From contig CAVXYC010000020.1 of assembly GCA_963765765.1 (NCBI GenBank), positions 96,001 to 160,000 on the forward strand: DNA of 64,000 bases. Direction: 5' to 3'. Both the position numbers and the translations under genes were made by a program. Source of the stretch: an uncultured Chloroflexia bacterium (lineage in GTDB: Bacteria > Chloroflexota > UBA6077 > JACCZL01). Each line of letters opens with the position of its first letter. Positions within the stretch are counted from its first letter, which is position 1. The notes beneath the pieces are model-generated. The model searched no databases. It saw only the letters and a program-made list of their open reading frames with translations, and was not told the DNA's origin. This document shows positions 19,791 to 29,223 of the stretch, in pieces.

Positions 19791-20777
19791 GCGCTCTGCT
19801 CCTTAAGCTGAGCCGCTGGCTCGTTGGCATTTCCCTCAAGGAGACCATCCTGCTTCAACACTCGAGTGACGGCATCCACGGTCACTTCAGCGCAGCTACG
19901 GCCGTCGGCGAGTATTGTTTCTGGATCGAAATAGTTGCCCGAGCCATTGTGGGCGATGGGACCCAGCGATTCCATCCGGATCCTACCGTCCGAAAGCGCG
20001 CGATTCCATTTCGACTGTGGGAAAATTGGCCAGCGACCAGCGAACACTTTCCCCCCCAGCCCCTGCACCGGATCCTTGTCGCCATAGAAGTGATAGAGGC
20101 GCTCGAGACTTTCAATGCCCAGGGTCGTTCGACATGACACCTCCAACTGATACGACGCGTATGGGCGCGCCCAACATTCGTCTGAGAAACGTCACAGTAC
20201 CCAGCGCGATCTGTCCACCGCCGCTCCAGCCCAGAAGGGTCACGGGTACACGGCTCCCCTGCTGATAACCGTGTCGAGCCAGCGACGCAACAATCGCTTG
20301 TGCCACGCCCAGGTTGTAGATGGGTCCATAACGCGGATCGGCGGATACCGCCATCTGCAACATATTGCGAATGTTGACCAGATTCGGCAGAAGTGCAGTG
20401 GGCCTCTCCCCGCGTATATGTTCGATGCGAGTCCAAAGCCATGCAAAAGTCCATTGGCCTGTAAGACCGGCTCCTGTGACGCGATACGGGAACACGTCCT
20501 TGATCAACGCCGTCCCCGTCAATCGGCTGGCGAGCATTGGAAGCCAGTGAATCTCCTCCTCAGGAATACTGTCGTCCGTGATCGCACCGATGCCGGACAG
20601 ATACACAAGGAAATGTCCTGCAGGGTTTACCTCTGGCTCAGCCGACGGGGAAGTGGGCTCCGGTGGTTTCTCGTGTTCGCCAAACCAGCCGGCCCACCAG
20701 CCCAACGACTCTAGCGGCGCCAAGATCGCCAGGAGGGCGATGATGAGTATGAGTCCGATGAGCAGATTGTGGATCAT
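19787..20777 (-). CDS. Membrane-anchored alpha/beta hydrolase (frameshift ~20120)
   Basis: N-terminal TM; GWSGGG nucleophile elbow; GDKDPV (Asp) and AHNG (His) in the second frame. Confidence 0.75.
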
Positions 20778-21448
20778 GACGATCCCTTCCTTCCGCTCTC
20801 GCTGACGCCCGCCCTATTCACCTGTCCCGTCAAGATGTCATCTACCCGTACGTCGAGAGCAGAACCGGCGACATGCTGCCAGAGCCAATCGTGGACGGCA
20901 ATAATGGGCCGACCGAGGGCCCCCTTTGCTACCTCGATGATCAACCACCCGGTAGCGACAGTGATCAGCGCCGGGCCTGTAGAGCCATCCGCCATAGTGG
21001 TGACTGCGGATACCACCACGAGGGCACTCCACACTGCGAGAAGCTTCCCAAACGCCGCACCCGCGTAGGGCATCAGGATGAGCGGTCCGAAGATATACGG
21101 CGCTGCTCCGAGTCCGACGAGCCGCAGTGTTGCACCCAGAGTCTCGGTCGTCGGAAGAACGAAGCGCCCGATCAGCCAGATACTCACGGCCCAGAGCGCG
21201 AGACTCAATGCAAACAGGACCGCGTTGAGGCCCAGACTAAGCAAAAAACGGGCGGGCGATATGCGGTTGACTATGAGAATCACGGCCTGCCCGACCATGA
21301 GCCCCGCGCCGCCAATCAGCGCTATCACTATGACGGCCCAACGTGATTGTGGGTACGCCTCAACGATTTCAAATACTCGCGGATCGAGACGTAGCGCCGC
21401 GGTGAGACCCACCCAGACGTAATGCACGAATTCCAGAATCTGATCCAT
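20774..21448 (-). CDS. Yip1-like polytopic membrane protein
   Basis: About 5 hydrophobic helices; G.AP and W...V..V motifs; ATGA overlap with the next gene. Confidence 0.7.
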   Translation of the reverse strand: MDQILEFVHYVWVGLTAALRLDPRVFEIVEAYPQSRWAVIVIALIGGAGLMVGQAVILIVNRISPARFLLSLGLNAVLFALSLALWAVSIWLIGRFVLPTTETLGATLRLVGLGAAPYIFGPLILMPYAGAAFGKLLAVWSALVVVSAVTTMADGSTGPALITVATGWLIIEVAKGALGRPIIAVHDWLWQHVAGSALDVRVDDILTGQVNRAGVSESGRKGSS

Positions 21449-21460
21449 TACTGCAATTCC

Positions 21461-22186
21461 TTAAGCACTCACGAATGACGGTCGGCGCAGCGACTCGCGC
21501 TCGGCCCACAACTGATCAATGCTGATAAGACTCAGTCCACGATCCACCACATGTTTGAGAATCTCATCGGTCAGCGCATCCACGGGCGGACCACCAAGCG
21601 ATTCGTGCAGCACGATGAGCGACCCGTTCTCAATGTGGGTCCCAAGCTGCCGAATGGTGAAGCTGGCCGGCTGCAACCAGTGCGCGGGAACCACACTCCC
21701 CATGACCGGGCGATAACCCCAGCGGCGCAACGCGCGCACAATTCGGGGCGAGATGTGGCCAAACGGCGGGCGGACGTAGACCATGGTCTCGAGAGGCCGG
21801 CCCGCCGCGGCAGCAATATTGAGTCGTGCCTGGTGGAGCGATTGTCGTAGCAGGTGCGGTTGCTCGAGCAGGAAGGAGCGGTGCCGTTGCCCATGCAGCA
21901 TGATGTGGTGGCCGGCCTGCGCAACCTCAGTGACGAGGTCGGGATGCGCGCTGGCGCGCTCGCCGAGCCAGGAAAACGTTGCCACCGCGTTGTGCCGAGC
22001 AAGTACGTCGAGGAGCCGCGGTGTGTCGCGCCTGTCAGGTCCGTCGTCATAACTGAGGGCGACATGCCGCAGGGCAGGATCACCGTACCAGAGCACACCG
22101 GGATAGAGACGCTCCAGAAACCGCGGAGCAGCCCGAGGAAGCTCACGCTTCAGTCTTCCAAAAGCATTGGTCGTGTATAGCCCCAT
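21461..22186 (-). CDS. Polysaccharide deacetylase (NodB/CE4)
   Basis: ALSYDDGP, ATF, H...H (LHGQRH), RPPFG, IVLHE; probable start ATG 22186. Confidence 0.88.
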   Translation of the reverse strand: MGLYTTNAFGRLKRELPRAAPRFLERLYPGVLWYGDPALRHVALSYDDGPDRRDTPRLLDVLARHNAVATFSWLGERASAHPDLVTEVAQAGHHIMLHGQRHRSFLLEQPHLLRQSLHQARLNIAAAAGRPLETMVYVRPPFGHISPRIVRALRRWGYRPVMGSVVPAHWLQPASFTIRQLGTHIENGSLIVLHESLGGPPVDALTDEILKHVVDRGLSLISIDQLWAERESLRRPSFVSA

Positions 22187-22259
22187 TGCGCCCTTGCCCT
22201 CTCCGCGGGCCCACGACCACTGTGCTTGACGGTCACGGCCTCCGGTCGGTGTTGCCTTG

Positions 22260-22519
22260 AAACGTGCCGGATGTTCGGCGACGTTCCCTGTGGAGCCATT
22301 CTGGATCTCCCCCGACGTCTGCACATACGTGTCCCAGAATGGTTGGCGCTTGCCGACTTCGTCTGCCACACCCTCAATCTGATAGGGCGACGTGGCGACG
22401 CCCAGATAGAAACCGTGCGGAAAGCGTCCTGCGGCCGCGGACTTCGTGTCGTTGCAATCGTCAGACTGCGAGATGGCTGTTACACCAGACGCGTCAACAT
22501 TGCGCTGGTCGTCACTCAT
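22260..22519 (-). pseudogene. N-terminal remnant of a GH1 beta-glucosidase, in frame with the deacetylase
   Basis: FPHGFYLGVATSPYQIEG...WDTY...NGSTG matches the GH1 N-terminal signature; rest of barrel absent. Confidence 0.75.
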
Positions 22520-22941
22520 GGAATCCCCGATGATGTTGCGAGCGGTTGTCTTCGCGTTACCTATGATGTCGGGGGATTCAGGAGCCTTGCAGTGCCAATC
22601 AGCACGTCGTCACAGTGCCTATCAACACGTTGTAGCGGTGGCTCTTCGCGTTGATCTCACTCGCTTGGTGCGCCAAGTGGTCGACTTCGCGTTAGACCGA
22701 GCAATGGCAATGAGTGGAGTCGTCGCGTGTCGGATCGTAGAGGTCGCCGCGATACGCAGCTGGTGCTCACGACCTGCGACTCGATCCGTGGCGAACGCGG
22801 GAGCCAAGTCCAGGCCATCTAAAGATGGCGATTTTCCAACATCCGTCAACCGGCATCATGAGGACATTGAGATATTCCCGCTGATCGCACCGGATGTCGA
22901 TGGGGAAGAGCTCCGGCGCAAGGCAGCCGGGATCTGACGGA

Positions 22942-24337
22942 TTATGAGGACGGTAGGTCGACCAGCTGCCCCTCCGCATTCGCCGGAGCATGAGCTGGTC
23001 GAGGCAGCTGCGAGCGTTCAATCTCGTCCGTGGTTGGGTCCGGGTGCGAAGCCCTGGAGCCAAGAACACGGCCCATGAGCGCTAGAGCGATGCCGAACAC
23101 CGCGATGTTGACCACCTGTAAGGCAACGATCAGCAGCGGCGGATCCTGGCCCGGATCGGGAACGCTCGTAAATGCCCCCATGACCAGCGGATCACGCAAC
23201 ACCAGATTTGCCAACAGGCCGATTGAGACAAGGACCGCTATGGCCCACAGACGTCGATTCCGATGCGTCGCCAGCGCGCAAACGAGCAACGTCAGGGCTA
23301 AGTAGCTGTGGTTCTCATGGGCGCGCGTCATGAGCATGAAAAACCCGAAGCTGGCCGCGGCGGCAGCGAAGCTGAATCCGCCCGGCGCGCCGCGTCGGAG
23401 CCCCAGCAGACAGAACGCCAACCACATCAGAGCCAGTCCCCCGGCCACCATGCGATAGCTCAGCGGTCCAACGAACGGAATGGAGTCTTCAATCCAGTCC
23501 CCGTTCAGGAGCGTGGGGATCCACCACACATTATGGGCGTCCGCGGAGATCACGCGATTGGAGATGTCGTGACCGCTAAGATTGTCGAGGTACCGCCAGA
23601 CATGGTTGGCCCTTCCAGTGAACGTCCAGGGGCTCACGAGTACGCTGAGCGTGACTATGGCGGTAATGGCGGCGGTGCTGACTCGCTTAAGGTCCAGCCG
23701 GCTCAGGGCTGCCAACGCAATGATCGGGATGAGAATCCACCCTTGCGGTTTCCCAATGAGCAGTCCCGCGGCGCCTATCCCCAGCAACAACCCGAACCAC
23801 CCGGTAGCAAGCGGCCAAACACGTGACTACGACCAGACCGACGAGTGGATCGGTTTGGCCGAAGTGAGCCGCGTCGTACAGCGTGGCGGGATTGAGCCCA
23901 TACGCAAGGGCCACCGCCACGGGCCAATATTTGCTACCTGCATTCGCGCTCGCGCTCAATGCAAAGAGGACGCCGGTGATGGCTACGTGAGCAGCAATCA
24001 TTGGCGCCTTCAGCATCAGCGTAAGCGCTTGACTGCCTTGCGCGGCTCGCTCGTTCCAGGCGGGGTCGAACATGGTTTGGTAGAGCCAACCGACGGCCCC
24101 AAAAACGTAGATCACAATTGGAGCGCCATCGATATCGGTGCGATAGGCGTCGCGCAGGCCATTGCGCGCAAGATGTCGCGCCCAGGTCTTCCCTTGTTCG
24201 ATGTCGGCCGGATAACCCGGCGTAACTACGCCGATGACAACGCCCACTACCAGAACCAGCGTGAGTACGGCTGTGCACTGAAGCGCGCGGGTGCGCCGAT
24301 CAACTTGGGTCAGCTGCGCTATCAAAGATTGCGGCAT
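22942..24337 (-). CDS. GT-C fold membrane glycosyltransferase (ALG6/GT57-like; frameshift ~23795)
   Basis: LKAP, LNPA.LYD...GQTD, KPQ, AHNVW, FFML.TRAHENH; many TMs. Confidence 0.75.
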
Positions 24338-24415
24338 CTTTGGGTCATCGAATCATGCAGGCGTACGTGCCGATGTCCCGTCACGTTCCAGATCCGAGCA
24401 GAATCAAATTCGGCG

Positions 24416-25528
24416 TCAGGATGCCGCTACGGGATCCTGCATTGGCGCCTTGCCCAATCGCGGGCCGGGAGTAATTCGGTAACGGGCGAAGTAGTTGAAC
24501 AGCTCATCAGTGGATCGGAAGACCCTGGAGCAGTAGCGACTGAAGAACGGACTTGGATCCGCCTCGGGCAGCCACACGCCGTAGACGCGCTTTCCAGTAT
24601 GCAGCGCATAATTCATCTCCGAGACAACGCCCGGAGACGGTACCGCGATATCGTAGTAAACCACGATCATGTCTGATTGAGCGATCAGTTTATAGTCACG
24701 AAACACGATCTGATCACTGATGTGCTGCGCTTCACGATCGCTGAATCCGTTCACTGTGCCAGTTGCGAGCGCCGCGGAGCCATCAGTTCGCCCGGGATGA
24801 TCGATCAGTGAGCCCGTCGTTTCATCGACATCGAAGTCATTGACGTCAGCAGGATCGAAGATGATGAGGTTTTCTTCCAGCCGCTTTTTGAACGCCTGAA
24901 GACCTCGATCGCCGTTGGTCTCACCGTGTGTCATCGGATAGCTGAGATACGCTTTGCGCATCTTTGGCTCAAAGAAGAGGCGATACATCGTCTCTGCGTC
25001 GGCCTGCTCCCCCAGCAGATACTGTGGCTTGCGCTGCATGCGCGCGAGCTCTTCGGTAGCAAACTGCTCTTCTTCTCTCCAGACCAGAAGGTCCTCATGG
25101 GACATCTCTTCCCAGCGAGGCTGATCTGTAAGCCGCTGTCTTACGGTGCGAACGCCTTCGGTCACTGTCACGTAAAAGTCAGGCCGGAGACGGCCCAGAT
25201 AGTACGGATCGAACCCTGAGATGAGCGTGTTCTTCCAACGGAACACGGCGTGGGTGATCATCCCCCAGCTGGCAGTACGCCCAGCCTGCTCCACCACTCC
25301 CGCCAGCTTTTCCAGAGCGGCGGCGCGCAACATCACCAGCGATGGCGGAAACATGTCGAGGACAGTCTCTTCCTCGACAGGCTGGCCAACGCCCTCTGCG
25401 ATCTGAAACATCGCCTCGCGGACATCGAAAATCTCGAAGCTCTCACCGCGCTCCTTCGCAAGGCGTTCCACCTCGCCGAGTACGTGCGATCGCTTCGTTC
25501 CGCTCACACCCGTGATAATTGCCCGCAT
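24416..25528 (-). CDS. NMP-kinase-like P-loop domain fused to a nucleoside 2-deoxyribosyltransferase-like domain
   Basis: N-terminal IITGVSGTKRS, TH, RL..; C-terminal YLSYPM, RDYKLI.QSD, SPGVVSE; GGAG RBS. Confidence 0.7.
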   Translation of the reverse strand: MRAIITGVSGTKRSHVLGEVERLAKERGESFEIFDVREAMFQIAEGVGQPVEEETVLDMFPPSLVMLRAAALEKLAGVVEQAGRTASWGMITHAVFRWKNTLISGFDPYYLGRLRPDFYVTVTEGVRTVRQRLTDQPRWEEMSHEDLLVWREEEQFATEELARMQRKPQYLLGEQADAETMYRLFFEPKMRKAYLSYPMTHGETNGDRGLQAFKKRLEENLIIFDPADVNDFDVDETTGSLIDHPGRTDGSAALATGTVNGFSDREAQHISDQIVFRDYKLIAQSDMIVVYYDIAVPSPGVVSEMNYALHTGKRVYGVWLPEADPSPFFSRYCSRVFRSTDELFNYFARYRITPGPRLGKAPMQDPVAAS

Positions 25529-25541
25529 AGATTACTCCGTC

Positions 25542-27026
25542 TCAGGCCGCGTCGAGCTTCTGACGCAATAGCTCGTTGACCAGGCCTGGATTGGCGGCGC
25601 CGCGAGTGGCCTTCATGATCACGCCAACAAGCCGACCGATCGCCGCAGTCTTGCCACTCTTATAGTCGGCAACAGCCGCTTCATTGTTTGCTATCGCGTC
25701 AGCGACGGCCTGCTCCAACGCACCCGCATCGCTGATCTGTGCTAGTCCGCGCTCCTGAACGATCGCCGATGGGTCACCGCCGGATCGATAGAGGCGCTCA
25801 AAGACTTCTTTCGCCGCACTGGAATTGATCGACCCTGAATCGACGAGTTTGATCAATCCGGCCAGAGTCTCAGGAGTCAATTTGCCCAGCTCGGTCGCGT
25901 CATCATCGGTGGCGTCCCCGCTCGCCTTTTGGAGGCGGAAGAGCTCAGACTGAATCCAGTTGCTCACTTTCTTCGCATCCACACCGTGCTTAACGGTGGA
26001 TTCAAAGAAGTCGGCCATCGAGCGCGCCGTTGTCAACACTGAAGCGTCGTAGCGGTTCAGCCCGTACTCAGCTATGAATCGATCACGTCGGGCGTCTGGC
26101 AGCTCGGGCAGCCGCGCCTGAAGCGTTGCCACCCAATCGCGAGAGACCTTGAGCGGAGGCAAGTCCGGCTCGGGGAAATAGCGATAGTCGTGCGCCTGCT
26201 CCTTGGAGCGCTGCGAGACCGTGATGCCCTTCTCTTCAACCCAGCCGCGCGTCTCCTGAACGACTCGCTCGCCGTTCCGAAGCAAACGGGTCTGCCTTTC
26301 GATCTCGAACTCCAGCGCATGCTGCACTGATCGGAAGGAGTTCATGTTTTTCACTTCCGCCTTCGTGCCGTACGAGTTGGATCCCTTCGGCCGCATGGAG
26401 ATATTGGCGTCACACCGGAACGCGCCTTCTTCCATGTTTCCGCTCGAGACGCCGATCGTCCGAACGATCGTGCGCAGCTTCACCAGATAGGCTCGTGCCT
26501 CGGCTGGCGTCCGAATATCGGGCGCACCAACGATCTCCATCAACGGCACACCCGAGCGATTGACATCGAGCAGCGTAAAGCTCTCACCATTCGCATTGAC
26601 ATGCGTGAGTCTGCCGGTGTCTTCCTCAAGGTGCACACGCTCGAGGCGGATCTTTCGCTCGCCATCTTCCGTCTCTACAGTGAGCCAACCGTGACGCGAG
26701 AGCGGAAGGTCGTACTGCGAAATCTGATACCCCTTCATCAGGTCGGGATAGGGATAGTTCTTTCGATCGAACTTGCTCGCCTCCGGGATCTCACAGTTGA
26801 GCGCCAGCGCGGTCATGATCATGTACTCGACGGCCGTGCGGTTTATGACCGGAAGCATACCGGGCATTCCTAGGCAGACCGGACAGACATGCGAGTTGGG
26901 TGCGGCGCCGGCATATTCGGCTGAGCATCCGCAAAACATTTTGCTTTTGGTCAGAAGCTGAGAATGGACCTCCAGTCCAATCACGGCTTCGAAATCAGTA
27001 TCAACGACTGTGGCAGTGGTGGCCAT
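25542..27026 (-). CDS. gatB: Asp/Glu-tRNA amidotransferase subunit B
   Basis: VIGLEVH, CPVCLG.PG.LP, RKNY.YPD, HLEEDTG, EVKNMNS, YRYFPEPDLP. Confidence 0.98.
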   Translation of the reverse strand: MATTATVVDTDFEAVIGLEVHSQLLTKSKMFCGCSAEYAGAAPNSHVCPVCLGMPGMLPVINRTAVEYMIMTALALNCEIPEASKFDRKNYPYPDLMKGYQISQYDLPLSRHGWLTVETEDGERKIRLERVHLEEDTGRLTHVNANGESFTLLDVNRSGVPLMEIVGAPDIRTPAEARAYLVKLRTIVRTIGVSSGNMEEGAFRCDANISMRPKGSNSYGTKAEVKNMNSFRSVQHALEFEIERQTRLLRNGERVVQETRGWVEEKGITVSQRSKEQAHDYRYFPEPDLPPLKVSRDWVATLQARLPELPDARRDRFIAEYGLNRYDASVLTTARSMADFFESTVKHGVDAKKVSNWIQSELFRLQKASGDATDDDATELGKLTPETLAGLIKLVDSGSINSSAAKEVFERLYRSGGDPSAIVQERGLAQISDAGALEQAVADAIANNEAAVADYKSGKTAAIGRLVGVIMKATRGAANPGLVNELLRQKLDAA

Positions 27027-27245
27027 CTCACGCCCTTCGGGCGATTCCGAAGAATCGTCTACAGAATTATCGTCGATGTAGAGATGAACTGGAAATCCTG
27101 GTGAGGCAGACGCGTCCCTGGCTGGCCAGTGTGGTTAGCTCAGTAGTTACGGTGAACAACCAGCGACGGCTGTCCGCCGATGCACTGGCTACCGGTCGTC
27201 GATTGAGGGTATCACTAGCCCTGCGCAAGGAGTTGATCGTATCTC

Positions 27246-27683
27246 ATGCCTTTTCCCCACGTCGTCGAGTTGCTACAGCGTCGGTTCGCCCGCAAGCAGC
27301 AGTCCACCGGCTACGAGGACATGTACGATGATCCGCTAAGTCTCGGAGAACACCCGGGGGAGATCGTCGGTGGTGTGAAGGTCAATGGTGTTACGATCGC
27401 GCCCAACGTGCGACGACGCGTTCAGGACCACTTACTCGAGCATCGAGCCGATTGGATCGAGTCTCTCGGAAAAGAAGGCAAGCGCGTGGGTGAGGTCCGG
27501 CTCGTACACGACATCATTGAAGTAGTCGTGGAGAAAGAGCAGGAAGCCGCCCACTTCGTGAAGGACCACGAGCGCGAATTGAAAGCAGCAGGCGTGGCTA
27601 GCCTTCTTGGTTCGGCGCTGGCTGGTAGCGCCATCGTTGCCCGCCATCTCCACAGTCGCAGCAAGTTGAACCAACCGAAATAG
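27246..27683 (+). CDS. Hypothetical protein with a C-terminal hydrophobic anchor
   Basis: AAGGAG RBS; followed by a terminator. Confidence 0.6.
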   Translation: MPFPHVVELLQRRFARKQQSTGYEDMYDDPLSLGEHPGEIVGGVKVNGVTIAPNVRRRVQDHLLEHRADWIESLGKEGKRVGEVRLVHDIIEVVVEKEQEAAHFVKDHERELKAAGVASLLGSALAGSAIVARHLHSRSKLNQPK

Positions 27684-27711
27684 ACAGCGCTCCACACCAG
27701 GTCTCGATTTC

Positions 27712-27743
27712 GAGCGGGCCAGTCTAGGACCGGCCCGCTCTTT
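27712..27743 (+). terminator. Intrinsic terminator
   Basis: GAGCGGGCC..GGCCCGCTC-TTT. Confidence 0.55.
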
Positions 27744-27844
27744 GCGTCTAAGCGAAACCCGTTGGTGCAGGACACCGCTGCGTCGGCTCGTACATGCACT
27801 TGTGACATGAACTTTCCCTCTGACTAAGGCAGGCGCCTGGTAAG

Positions 27845-29209
27845 ATGGACGAAATTCGCGGGGGATTGGCCATGCCAGATGCAGGCGCAAGCCTTACCGA
27901 GCAGGATCTCCTCGAGGATCTGCGCGCTCACGCATTTGCCCCGTCTAACGGTCCTACGCGCATCGGCTTGGAAGTCGAGCAGCTTGCCTTTCACGGAATT
28001 CAGACCACGCCTCTGACCTTGATCATGGAAGCTCTTGAGCCGCTTGTAGCGCTGGGCGAGCTTCAGAAAATCACCGCCGACGGCAAACCGCCGATTTACG
28101 CCTACGGCGATTCCTGCCTGACATTCGAGCCGGGCGGCCAACTCGAAATCGTGTCGCCCCCTCGAGAATCGGCAGTCGCTGCGCTACGCGACATTGCTCA
28201 TCTCGAGACGCTTCTCGATGGTGCACTCACCTGGCGGGGGATCAGGCGAGCGAATCACGGAATGACGCCCTGGCAGGGCGTGAATGAGATCAGCCTGCAG
28301 ACACCACTTCCGCGTTATCGCAGCATGGACTCGTACTTCTCCGAAATCGGGCCAGATGGCGCGCGCATGATGCGGCTTTCGTGCGCAATACAAATCAACA
28401 TAGGCTCTGGATCTGCCGACCAGGTTCCGCAGCGCTGGCGACTCGCCAATCTTATGTCACCTGTCCTCATTGGGATGTTCGCAAACTCTCCAATGGCTGA
28501 GGGCCGAGTGACCGGCTGGAAGAGCACCCGGGCGGAGGTGGTTGCGTCGATGGACCCGAGCCGCACGGGTATGGTCTCTGGATCTGATGGCCCCACCGAC
28601 TACCTGAAATTTGCGTTGAACGCCGGAGCTCTCCTGCGCCGAACGCCCGCCGGTTACATTGCCGGGGTTCCATCACTGACATTCGGTGACTGGCTCCATA
28701 GCGGAGATACATGGGGTTATCCCACGCTCGAAGATTGGCACTACCACCTCTCCACACTGTGGCCCATGGTAAGACCGCGTGGATTCCTGGAGCTCCGTGC
28801 TATGGACACGTCTCCAGTTCGATGGAGGAGCGTGCCCGTCGCCGTGGTGAGTGCCCTGGTGTTGGACGCCGCCGCCGGCCAGGCCGCGCTGGAACTACTC
28901 GAGCCCACCTCTAATCGTTGGGAGAGGCTGTCGGCGGCTAGCGCGCATGACGGTTTGGAAAATCCTGAAGTCTGCAAGCTGGCTCAGCAGCTCATGCAGC
29001 TCGCTCGAAGCTCATTCGATCGACTTCCCGTGGACTGGCTCGACGAGTCGATCATTGATGACGTCCGCGCGTTCGACGAGCAGTACACCAGTCGCGGTCG
29101 TTGTCCGGCTGATGATCTGCTGGATCTGCACCAGCCGGAATTGAAGGCGGCTCGACGCGCTCTGGAGGATGTCCCGTACGGACCGCTGTTCCCCGGAGAC
29201 GGCGCCTGA
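27845..29209 (+). CDS. egtA: Glutamate-cysteine ligase of ergothioneine biosynthesis
   Basis: IGLEVE, TFEPGGQLE, MM..S..QIN, FANSP, YHLSTLWP.VRPRG.LELR; upstream of egtB. Confidence 0.9.
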   Translation: MDEIRGGLAMPDAGASLTEQDLLEDLRAHAFAPSNGPTRIGLEVEQLAFHGIQTTPLTLIMEALEPLVALGELQKITADGKPPIYAYGDSCLTFEPGGQLEIVSPPRESAVAALRDIAHLETLLDGALTWRGIRRANHGMTPWQGVNEISLQTPLPRYRSMDSYFSEIGPDGARMMRLSCAIQINIGSGSADQVPQRWRLANLMSPVLIGMFANSPMAEGRVTGWKSTRAEVVASMDPSRTGMVSGSDGPTDYLKFALNAGALLRRTPAGYIAGVPSLTFGDWLHSGDTWGYPTLEDWHYHLSTLWPMVRPRGFLELRAMDTSPVRWRSVPVAVVSALVLDAAAGQAALELLEPTSNRWERLSAASAHDGLENPEVCKLAQQLMQLARSSFDRLPVDWLDESIIDDVRAFDEQYTSRGRCPADDLLDLHQPELKAARRALEDVPYGPLFPGDGA

Positions 29210-29223
29210 GCCCTGGCCACAGT

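Noticed and set aside
23582-24676. 364-aa plus-strand ORF
   Set aside because: Antisense shadow of the GT-C and kinase/NDT genes; no motifs
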